A DNA stretch of 64,000 nucleotides, filler included, from Dimargaris cristalligena (Eukaryota), in assembly GCA_003614675.1 (NCBI GenBank). It is 3 parts of 3 records of this genome, joined end to end, with 100 filler letters (N's around TTAATTAATTAA, not from the genome) between each part and the next. Parts side by side here need not be neighbours in the genome. Positions count along the whole stretch, not along the records: positions 22,576 to 45,010 come from ML002633.1; positions 45,111 to 64,000 come from ML002748.1; 1 more part is not named here. The stretch is one strand, 5' to 3'. Position 1 is the stretch's first letter. The number at the start of each line of letters is the position of its first letter. The notes beneath the pieces are model-generated. The model was not told where the DNA came from. It saw only the letters and a program-made list of their open reading frames with translations, and ran no database searches. This document shows positions 38,401 to 50,138 of the stretch, piece after piece. A program made the position numbers and the translations under genes.

Positions 38401-41199
38401 GGGGTAGGCGAAATTTCATGTTGAAAGCCAATCTATAGTTTCATGTATTTAGATAAAATCCGATTTTTGAATAAAGTACTACAGTGAGGGGAGGGGGGGT
38501 TAGGGGAAAAATAATAGACCAGGGCAAGTGGGATCAGCCATCCGGTTTCAGGGGCCGCGGATCCCATCGGACATTGTAGTTCGTCCCCAGTATCATCATC
38601 CTCCCCTCCCATCAACCCTCTCTATATCCAATGGAAGGGCTGCCGCCTCGGGCGCACATCCCCCCCGCCCCGGAGGAATAGGTGCAGAGAATATAGGGCG
38701 GACTAGCCAATCCGTTGGGTCGTCAATGCGACCTTCGACTGAGTCGTAATATTCAAGCTGCCGCATGGGACAGCGACGACCCGAGCGGTGATGCCCACCA
38801 TCTGCACAGAAGCGGTCATTTTAAAAATGAGTGACAGCAACAAGGCTGCGCACACCTCTGCTCGCTGCCACTACCACTGGCTGCTACTGCCACTCCCCCC
38901 CTCTTCCATTTGCTAAGGTCTCGACCAGGAGGGCCCATCTGTAATTCTTTTAGGGTTATAAGAAAAAAAGAACGACCCCACACCGCCGTACCGGGTGCAG
39001 AATTAGTGCCCCCCCCCACCGTACACACAACCACATACACACACACACACATAGCCTAGACACGCCGGCATCCCCCTGTACCCTGCCTTCCGAGCTGCCC
39101 CTCGATGCCCACGTTACGTTCAGGAGACTGGTCACACTTGGGCAAGGTAGAACGAGGCAGGTACGGGAGCATTCGGAAAGCCATCGTCGGCACAGTCGCA
39201 GGGATGTTTATGATGACCGTTGGCAGACCGAATAGACAAGCGTGGGGGAGGGGGAGCGGCGACAACAGCAGCAGCTTGATAGGACCCCTCCCACTCACCA
39301 CCCGTAGCGCCGCCCGCACCACCGGTACAAGTCTTGGCTAATGATCCAGCCCCTATATTTCCCTTCTCCACCATAGGTCAACTGACATTTTCCCCAATCT
39401 CTAGCACCACTCCACCTTCTCCCCTCTATTCCCCCTCATTCCTCATCGTACCCATACCCCATTTGCCTACCGGACGTCATGCCAGTGGTCAGCCGCAATC
39501 AAATGATCGGGTTATTGGGAACTAGTAAGCAGTATCCGAACGAGTATGCAGACTGCAAATGTAGGTCGCTTGCTAAACCAACACGTCCCGCATCCCATGT
39601 ACCCAATGCATGCACGGCTGACCCACCCACTACTGTGTTTTTAAGCATGACATGGAAGTAGCTGGGTCGAATACATAGTCCGGTCGAATGGGACGGTGGC
39701 GTATCACACAGATAGTGCAAATGAGAGGGAGAGAGAGCTGGAGTGAAGAGAGGGGTAGGGAACCAGGCAACCGAACACTCTGAATAGCACCATACACTTT
39801 ACATTGTCCTTCCCTGTACCGAACCATACTCTACCCTTCTAAACGACCATTCACTACCGATGTAACAAAATTAAATTAAATGACGATAGCCTGACTTACC
39901 TGGGTTGTCGTTTTGGTCAAGACCGCCTCCAAAATACCCCATTTCACGGCGGACGGTTGATCGAGGTTTTCGGACCACGCGGCATGCAGTACTTTCCGCA
40001 CCTCTACCATCATTACGGCAATAGCGTGTCGTTGCCAATGACGGGAAGTGGGTTAGTAATGGAATAGCCCAAACAAGGGGATTGTATCAATTGCAATGGG
40101 CATGTGTGGGGGGCATACGTTGGTTAATTGAGATTGGGTGGTCAATTAATGACAGGGTGCAGTCGTAGGAAGACACCCCATTAGGGTGTGTAGGTTGGGG
40201 AGGGCCGAACGATAGGAAGTTGGATAAGAAATATAGATTAATTCGAATAGTTCTGCCCAATAAGGAAGGTTTTTCATTAGGGAATTGGAGGACATGTCCC
40301 CTGCTATTACCCAGACCGATAAATTAAAGTGAGTCGTTATGTAAAATGACACCCTTTACCCCCGCACAGAATGAGGTAAGTTAGGTAAATCATCCTACAC
40401 ACGGCCAACAAAAACTGTCATTTTGGTGTCTGTAATAGTAGGTAGCATGACGCCAAAGGGGGGAAAAGGAGGGGGGTAATTCCAATGGCCAAATTTCCCA
40501 GGTGGCCCAAGGTCTTTGGTATTCTACAATAGACCTATCCCTATTAGATACTACAGGTAAGAAGGAGGAGACGAAGTTACATAAGTGAATAAGAAAATCG
40601 CGGGGCCTTTAGAGACCCCGTGGCCGAAACGGCAGGCCCCTTTCGGCTGCTATTCATATTACAGGGGCACCTAATTACACGGAGGGGTATAAACGGGAGG
40701 CGCTTTTCAAAATACGAGGGTTTCCGTGGTTATAATACTTCGACCGTATAAAATATTAGAATAATAATTTTTAAAAACCCAGTGTCGTCTAGGAAACCTC
40801 TTGCGGCCGTTAAGCCAATCCCAAGTATGAAAAGACGGGGTTGGGATTGGTTTAGGAAAAAAGTAAGGGCATAGAGGGGTTCAACGCAACTCCCTTCCCC
40901 CCCATCACCCCTTCTCCACCCCTCTGCCATCCATTTGCCTCCATAAGCAGCCTCTCTACTTAAATGGTAGAGTTGCTGTTGGTGTTGAACGTGAGTTTCG
41001 TAATTCTCACCGACCAGCTTATCATTCATATCAACAAATGATAAGCAATTTAACCATAAGTAATAGTCGAACAAATAGAAAGCATGCAATCTCCCTCCCC
41101 ACCCTACTTTCCAGTTGAACACAGTGTAATCAATTTGGAACGCTGGAGCTAGTGGTTTGCTATTCCACATAAAATAAAATAAAATAAAAACAATAGTAT

Positions 41200-41237
<38 letters not shown>

Positions 41238-42311
41238 CCCTCAAGAAAGACCAGAAGGGTCTATGTGTAGAATACAGGTAGTCGAAAGGGCCCTGTTTAT
41301 CCGGCCGAGTCCCATTTAACCCCGATTTACCCCCCAATCACACACGGAGGGAAGAGAATATCCCGGTTTGGAAGATTCAAAATTACCCAGACACCTACTT
41401 TACTTGGAACCAATTTTTTGTTTCCAAGTTCCTAATCCCAACTCCCTCTAGCCCTCCCTAGCCAATGCCATCCGATATGTGGAGCTATTTCTAGCCTCAA
41501 ACTTACCTTCGTCCGGAATAATTCTCAGGATCCTTTGCCACTGTTCGGGTTCGCGCAGGACCTCTTGCTGGTTGAGCACCAAGTCCGCGAAGTGCTGGCG
41601 CACGATACCGTACGACCGGATCAAATGGGGGTGCAATTGGGCCGGCAGATTGACTTTGCGTTCCTGGTTGGAGCCCCCGCGGATCACTTCGAGGTACCCG
41701 ACAATGGCGCGCCGGCCGTCGTTGCCCAGCTGGCGAGCCTGTTCATCACTGACCCAACAATGGACGCCGCGCCGCCCACTGTACACCCACATGATATGGC
41801 GGAACCCGAAATCTTCGACCAAGGCGGCGTGAATGATATGCATCGCTACGGTCATGAACCGCCAGCACCGCCGGCAAATGTCGCCGCCCTGGCAACAGGT
41901 GCGAATCTCGTCGTAGTCGGTCATATCGATATCGAGCACCAGATCTTTTTCGGTCGGTTGGAAGGCCCCCGGCAGAACCGATTTCTTGTCCCGCGGGCGC
42001 GTCGTGTACACGGCGCCAATATCAATTTTGCTGGGGCAGAGTCGGAGGAATTCGCTTTTCATGGTGTCCCGGTCGCGGAAGGACTGGTACCGGATGTAGA
42101 TGTCGTCGCCGATGGTGAAACTGAACTCGCGGTTCTGGAATACCTTGGTAGGTTCAGGGGCCCCGTAATTGAGCCAATCGTAGTAAGTTTGGAAGGGGAA
42201 AAGCTTGTCGTAGAAGGCGCGGAGAAGGACAGGAAAATCGGGACTGCCGACGTCAAAGACCGGCGGAGGGGCAGCCTCGTCGGTGGACATGGGATGGGCT
42301 ACGGCGGACAT
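35429..42311 (-). CDS. PRI1: DNA primase small (catalytic) subunit, at least 4 exons with very long introns; terminal exon unresolved
   Basis: Exons are 42311-41507 ([42 protein letters not shown]), 40003-39900 ([10 protein letters not shown]...KW), 38083-37945 ([24 protein letters not shown]) and 35623-35429 (RVCVPI...FDPLTVPTV...TSLRPY). Splice phases 1, 0, 1 match, with GTAAGT/GTAGGT donors and AG acceptors. A GTAAGC donor follows 35429; unspliced, the frame stops at 35355. Confidence 0.93.
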
Positions 42312-43120
42312 GGTTAGTGCGAGTGGGTGGGGTGGGAATGGGGCGACTTGGATAAACGTCGGTGTAGTCACTGAAACCAGAAGTCCAATCGGAATGGCTC
42401 GAACAGGACGAAGGGATAGAGTGTGATTGGGAATAGGAATGTGAAGGGCGAAATGGTCAATTTCTAAATGGGCTTTTGTTTAGTTTGGCTTTATGAGCAG
42501 GGTAAACAAACCTGAGTTTGGGAATATACCCCCGAAGCTGTTCATTGGTTAGTGGAAGAACCCGCCTAGATAATTTTCCCATCATAAATTTCCCAGACCC
42601 AACCAAGGTAAATTACCCTAAACTGTAGCCCCAGCTGAGCCGAGCGGAAGTGGGGCAGTTGTTGAGACACTGCTTAACTAAATAAGCGGCCTATTAAAAA
42701 GGGCAACGAAGCCAGAAAAGCGAGCGACTAAGTTGACCTGGCCCACTAATTCACCCGATTACTCGGGAATTAAATTGGAAATACCCTGGTGGTAATATAT
42801 CCAACAGCGAGCAGCAAACTGACCCCGAAGCCCTAAGCGAATGCAGGTGAATCTTCCTTCTGGATAATCGCTTTAAATGGCATGTATTGGAGTTCTGGGT
42901 AAAGGGAATACACTAGAGTTGAAAAAAAACCCGGGCAAATAGTAAAAGCATGGATAATACTTGAGAAGGTCCCACCTGTATTCTTGGTATGTCATATTGG
43001 CCACCCCTTTATATACCTAATATTTTAGTTGGCTCCCTATTCCCTTGATCTCTACATCCCGAGAACCTCTTTCGATTCAAACACTCTATTTTTTCCTGTC
43101 ATTCCAACCCCGTCCCCAAC

Positions 43121-44123
43121 ATGGCCCAGCCGCGACTTCCCAACATTTTGATTACCGGCACCCCGGGTACGGGCAAAACAACCCTGAGTGAACTGGCAAG
43201 CCTCAAGACCGGCATGGAGCACATTAACGTCACCGACCTGGTCAAAGCCCGGGGCTTTCATTCGGGCCTTGACACCGAGTTTGACACTTTAATCTTGGAC
43301 GAGGACCTTGTAAGTCAAAGCCTTGCGCACGCCCCTGTGGAGTGTCCACCGTTACCATTCTTGAATATACCCGAATAGGTCGGCGCTGTACCGTACTATT
43401 TTTAAGAACACTCCTGTAGAGGTTGGAGAACAGGTCGTCTTTAAAACCGAGCTTCGCGCTTCCCAGTTAGTGGGCGCGACCCTACAGTGCACTTTGCTCC
43501 GAATTTGCTATAATAGTGTACTGCTATTCCTAATCGACTAACCAACCATTCCTTATATTCACCACTGTCTTGCGCTGCACCTGTTCCCAATCCTTGCCGC
43601 TTGCCTAGCTCCTAGACGAGATGGAAATCATGGTTCAGCCCGGTGGCAAGATTGTCGACTTCCATACCTGCGGTATTTTTCCCGAAAGATGGTTTGATCT
43701 AGTCATCGTGCTGACTACCGACAATACCACTCTTTACGACCGGCTGGCCGCTCGGTAAGTTTATATTAGAATTTTATACTGAATAATCAAATCCATAAAT
43801 TTCTTTTCCAGCGGGGCGTACTATTGGTAGTATTGGCCAGTTATTTATCGGTTAAGTTGGAACTCATCTTTGAACCTAGTATACCTACTGGCCCCAACCC
43901 TATCCCTTGAATTTGCGTTTACTATATCTACAGCGACTATTCTGCCAAGAAGATTCAGGAGAACGTCGACTGCGAAATTATGCAAGTAGTCCTTGATGAG
44001 GCCCGTGAGTCCTACAAAAATGACATCTTGGTCAACCTTGACAGCAGCACCCCCGACCAGATGGAGCAAAACGTTCTCCGGATAGCCCAGTGGCTGGAAA
44101 GCTACATGGCCGGTCGGCAATAA
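43121..44123 (+). CDS. FAP7: Adenylate kinase 6 / Fap7 (40S biogenesis ATPase), 3 exons
   Basis: Exons 43121-43309, 43609-43754 and 43934-44123 join in frame. Motifs: PNILITGTPGTGKTT, IVDFH, FPERWFDLVIVL and KKIQENVDCEIMQV. Confidence 0.95.
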
Positions 44124-45010
44124 CTGCCGTGCAAAATAACCGACTCGCAGATGCATATATTATGGGGACAATCCCTAAATGCAGTAACAGCAGGAAACGT
44201 ACAATAGGAGGGCCACCGAAGTATGTCTAAACTGCTTGACAGTCAACGTAAGTCCGCCTTGGTTGATTGGACCTACATTTTACAGTGAATGATATTGGAT
44301 CCCATCCCCCCCATCAACCCCGATTTACGAAATGAATAAACCCATTTCATCCACCATCGTATTAATTGAATTACAACAACCAGTATAATTTTGGAGTGGA
44401 TTTAGTATGCCTGTGGTTACTCCATACCCACCCTTTACACTTGCTCAATGCAGCGGTGTGTTCGGAATTGGGGGAGGTTCGTCGACTTTGGGAGAATTTA
44501 AATGAGACATGTTGCCGGGAACCAGTTAACCCATTTATTATGGCGACTGCTATTCCTGATGAAGCTCCGCCTTTATGAAACTGTGCTTGTCGATTGGCCC
44601 ACTTTCGCTTATATTCAATAATACACATGGACAGAACTCTTACATGCAGAGCGTTGTGGCAACAGGTAGAACAGCCAGTGATATAATGTAGTCAGACCTA
44701 TTTTGTTACCACTGCTCCCCCCGCCTACATGTTAGTGAATCTAGGTATACTTAAAAAGTTGGTATGGGCCCTTGTTAATAGGCCGCAGTTCCCAGTTGTT
44801 ATATTCCCTCATACCATACCTTGCTTCCCAGCCGCTATAGTTTCTACTGCTTTTTTTTTAAAAAAAAACGTCTACTCACCTTTAACTAGTATTATTGTAA
44901 TTTCCGTTCAGTACTGCCCTTATTCCGACCTAGACCTTGTTGTGGTCGCACCTAATACCACAAGGTAATATAGCCTGATAACCTTATTAGGGCTGGCTGG
45001 AGCAGTCTCA

Positions 45011-45110
45011 NNNNNNNNNNNNNNNNNNNNNNNNNNNNNNNNNNNNNNNNNNNNTTAATTAATTAANNNNNNNNNNNNNNNNNNNNNNNNNNNNNNNNNN
45101 NNNNNNNNNN
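45011..45110. other. Artificial assembly spacer N44-TTAATTAATTAA-N44
   Basis: Same 100-nt construct as 22476-22575. Confidence 0.97.
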
Positions 45111-46015
45111 TATTATTACATAAAAGCTTCTCCTATAAAATCTAATCTATTAACTAATTAATTTTACAAGGCCGTCGAAGAGTGAAGGAAAAGTAGCCAC
45201 GGTCCTTAAGTTTGATTTACATATATATATAAATATTATTTCATTCTTTCTTAAAAAGCGAAACGAATTACCAATTTTTATAATAGTTATTTGATTTAAG
45301 TAAACCCTATGTTCCGCTCGAAGCGTCAGTTCACTGAGAGCCCAGAGGTGTCTCCTCCGCCCTCTCCATCCCGTCCCCGCTCTCCACTTGAACGGTTGTT
45401 TCCGGCCTCCTCCTCACGGTCCGGTGCCCTTCAACCCGATAGGGCCACGCTGAACCCTCCCGGATCCCCGGGCCGTGTTACTACAATAGCATCGCCCTAG
45501 CAAAGTTAAACAAAGGGGGAACCGGTCCGCGACCTGTCGGTTAGGTCGGCTGGGCAGAATAAATAGCTTGGCGCGATGCTCCGGGTCACCCATACAACCC
45601 ACGGACTACTGTTCCCTCTGAGTAGCCCTTTACTGATTAATGGCTTGGCGCCTCAGTTCCGGCCTTAAAATAAATATGTGAATGTGAAAAATATCGGAAC
45701 GTTAACCGAGGAGCCCGAATCTTGCCTCTGGGCCCCCATTATACCTTAAGCCTTGCGCTTCGGGTACTCCTACGGGAGAACTTGATGGTGCACCGCTAGT
45801 TATAGCCATATTTCTCCTCGTTCCTGGATAATTTTCCAAGATGTCTCAGGGCGCCCAATTTCAGTTTACTTATATAAATGTGCACTTACCCGTCCCTGCT
45901 GAACGGCTAATCATCACTTCTTCTATTATTCAATCGCTCGTATATCTCCCACCCTCGCTATTTTTTTGATTTTCTTGATTTTCCACGCAGCTAGCAGCTC
46001 AGCCCTCGACCAAAT

Positions 46016-48065
46016 ATGCGAGCCGCTCTAATTTTGGTGAGTGTATTATCAAGACTCTTTAACTATCATATTAAGGCGAGACATTTAATTTATTCTAACT
46101 GTAATCGTACCCCCCCCCCCCATACTGCTATAATGCTGATGAAATATATTTCTGACCCGAAGCACACATAATATTGTATATATATATATATTGCATATAA
46201 TCCCAGCCCACGGCCACGGCTTTAGTCATTGGGTGGGCCAGCGAAGTCCATGCAATGCCCTATCCACCCACTGATGGAACGCAGGGACAATCAAGCTGGT
46301 TCTCTGCAGCACCATGGAAGGTATGGGGAAACGTGCCACCCTCCGATATTGAAAACCAGCGTGATGGAAACCCTGAAGTTGACCCGGCTTTAGATGAACA
46401 ATACAACAACGGGGCCGCCTGCGATATTAGTGAACTTGAGAGATCCTGGGCCGAACATGACGATGTCCCGACCAAAGAGGTTAAACGCTATAAATATCTT
46501 CGCAAGTAAGTTGCACTATTCGAAATCCCATATTTCTATACCCAGCGGTTGGTTCAGTCGGAATCCATTGGGCTAATGCACCCCGGGCGACACGGCCTTC
46601 CTTGCACAGCTAGTTCCCAAATTTCCCAATCAGGGGGATTAATATGATTATAAATGCCAGCCTATTATAGAATTATGCCCTATCCTATCTTACTAACATT
46701 GGCTACTTATTATTTTTTTAATTGCCCATATCTGTATTTTTGTTTACCCATCAGTTACGCATTTGCCGCCTATCAGCTAATGGAAACATTAGCCGAGGAA
46801 GTTGGAAATGATGGTTATATAAATACCGAGTCCGTTAATATCTTTGAAAGTCCATCGACGGTCGCCTGCCATGGGTTCGTGGCTGAAGACAACGAGGGTG
46901 AAAATATTTATGTTTCATTCCGCGGCTCTACCCCCAAAGCCAAGGTTACGTTTGTTTACGATGCCATGGGCTGGTCAACTACTTGGCCGGGTTACGAAAA
47001 TATTTTTATCCATAAAGGATTTCTCTCGGTCTACAGTCAGTGCATTGAATCCTATACCGCGGCCCTCGATAGGACGATGGCGCACTCCAGAGCAAAGAAT
47101 ATTTACTTTTTAGGGCATTCCCTAGGTGGCGGTAAGTAATTACGGCTGTCGTTTTCCCATTTAAACCATCAGCGCGTTAAAATTGTACTTCCCTGCACTG
47201 ATAATCGGCAGTATGTGGCTGAAAATTACCACAGTGTGGCCTATTATCCAAGTAGCAGCGCCCACGACTCAGCTAGCATTTAATTACTAAGTTTATGGAG
47301 AATATATAACACCCTATGTTTAGTAAATTCATCCCCACTATTGGCATATCTGATTATTAACCCGAACTACTTAAAATGTGCATCACACTTGTGTTTTTTA
47401 TTGTCACAGCCATTGCTAATCTGGCAGCGTTTGACTACTCGTCCGTATACAAAGGCAAGAAAATTCTGGCGCATCATCTGGTTACTTTTGGAAGCCCCCC
47501 AGTCGGCAATAGGGAATTTGTGAAACAGTACAATAGTCGACTAATTCCAAGCACCTTAGTGACCTCTGGATTCGACCTGGTCCCAAATTTCCACCTACGG
47601 GGCACCTATTTCCACGTTAAAAATGAAATCTACATCCTTCCAGGAGGAAAACGTACCATCAAATGTGTGTATGACGACGAAACGTTTGCCAACGATCCTG
47701 CATGTTCTCCCGACCAGTCGTTAATGAACTGTAGCATCGCGGATCACAGTAATTACTGGGGATTAACAGGGTATGTTCCCGCCCCTGGAATATCCAAGAG
47801 CTCAAACCCTAAATTGAAGGGTAAGTTGGTTAAGCAACCCACAAATGCCCAATTAGAAGTGCTAGAGTCGATAGGCAATACTGCAGAGCTCAACGACAAA
47901 ACTCTGGAGTCGGTTCTCGGTGATGATGAGGGGGGATCTGATGACGACTACTACGACGCACAAGACTACGGCGAGTTTCCGGAACCGAACCTCGATGATG
48001 ATGGGATTACAAGTATACCTTATCCGGACCTGATCGGACAAAGTGACCGAACTGTACTTATTTAG
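46016..48065 (+). CDS. Secreted class-3 lipase (alpha/beta hydrolase), 4 exons
   Basis: Exons 46016-46036, 46207-46505, 46755-47131 and 47410-48065. The product has a signal-like MRAALILPTATALVIGWASEVHA and the motifs IYVSFRGS, IHKGF, GHSLGGA (nucleophile elbow), TFGSPPVGN, DLVP and DHSNYWG. Confidence 0.92.
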
Positions 48066-50138
48066 GCCAATATATTTTAATATAGTATGATAGTAGGTTT
48101 TTGGGAATAAATATATTTATATAGGAGAAAATCACCATATATGTATGTGTTGTTGGACTTGGGGATGCAGATAGAGATTACCGTCTCCCTTCGGCACGAC
48201 TTTATTTTGCCAGGGCTGGTTCCCTACCGGCAGAAGACTGGATGTCCACTGAGCCGGAATAGACAGTCCCGGTAGTGGAGGCAACCATTGTATTGGACTA
48301 TCTGAGAAGGGACACATGGGTATCGCTTCGTTGAATAAAGATAAGGGCAGTGACACTGTATAATATTATACAAGTATATTAGGCGTATACTTGCCAAAGT
48401 ATAACAGATATAAAAAAATAAACATCAATAATATCTGAAGGGTAGGACAATTGCGCACTCTCTAGGGGGGAATTTTACCCTGGAACCTATACTAGTCCAC
48501 ATTTTAGGATTTTGGAATTGGCATTATTGTGGGGTCAGGAGGTGCAAGAAAGGAGGGAATACAATGTCGGACTAAAGTATATATATATATATACAATTTG
48601 GGCCAGGAATACAACATAGGCAGTTAGGCATTCCTTCTTTCCAATAGCCCTCTAAGAAAAAATGATACCCAATTAATCCATATGCAAAGCGGTACATGGG
48701 AAGCGTACATTTGGGAGCGGGGTAGCTATCGAGTATAGATCCCTTTCCACGATAGCCAATGTGCATGACAGCTGTCCACAGTTATAGTTAACTAGGTGAG
48801 GTATCTATCGTTAACCAGTAATTATAATCCCCGCGCACCATACATTGTGCTTTACGGGACTGAACATCCATGCAGTCTTTTTTCTCTGGCTATTCTGTTG
48901 AGCTTCCGATGATTATTATTAGTACTATGGCTTGGACAACCCGCTTTCTTATCCAAAACATAAAAAACTATTTTCCATTAGATTCCCCTGAAACCGTTGG
49001 AATATATCCTATCATCACCCATGTCCGTTCATACATGTAACCCCTTTAATGTCCCGCCCTTAGGTTCACCTCTCTTGTGTATTGGCTCCCCTCTGACTAC
49101 TAACAAGTCCTGGTCCGTGGCTATCACAGGTCTAGTAAATCCTGGTACAATGGACTTGAGTAGTTAGCCGGAGCGACGGGTAACAGAAACTAGGGCAAGT
49201 GGGAGACAAAGGGCCTCAACAATCTAAACTTCATCTAGTCCTATAAAAACAGACAGGTGTACTTTAATAGTGGACACTAGTTTGTATACATACGGGAGAG
49301 GTTCAACCGAGCTGTATAACGAAAAATCCGTTGGATGAAGCAAATATTACAGGTTAAAAATAAACCTCCCATACAGTTATCATTAAAACCTTATACAGCT
49401 GGGCCGAATTTCACCCATATATATATATAGAGAGAGAGAGTTCGATGTAGAAAACTAAATTCCAACACCCGCCCTTCCCATTGGAGAGACTGCAATTGCG
49501 ATTGTTGTATTGGGATTGTACATCCAAAAGCCAGAAATTCCTAACCGTGACTATTCAGGACCAATATTTTATCCTAGAATATAGATAGCCAGGATTTTAT
49601 TTTGGCAAGAAAGCAGTGGCTAGCAAGTACCGGCTATTTAGAAACCCGAATAAATATAGTGACAGTATCTAACAATTGAATGAAATAGTATATTGGTGGG
49701 GAATTGGTTAGGAGGTTTGAACTAGGAGGGATGCACGTATGCTGCCCCATTTCAAATAGCAGCAATAACGAATTGGGTGGGTTTGCTTGGGACAATAAAT
49801 AGCCATTCGGTATGTAGATGGGTTGGCAAGGCAAGTCAGCAGAGCAGCCGGTTATCCTTTGGAATCCGGGAATTCGACAATATAAACCCAAGACTTCAAC
49901 CCGGGGCCAGCTTACTCTAAGCCCAAAGCACTGCTAAATGGAATTAATATGAGTAGTCCAATGGGGGTCAGTATGACGCATGTTGTTACCAACCAAGGAA
50001 TTGAGATACAAATATATATTATTATTATTATTATTATTATTACAATATCAAGACAAAAAGATTCCGGGTGATTAACCTTACCCAGCGGTTGAACCATCAG
50101 GTAATGTCAGGATTTAGCCTATTCCAACTCTCCGATTA

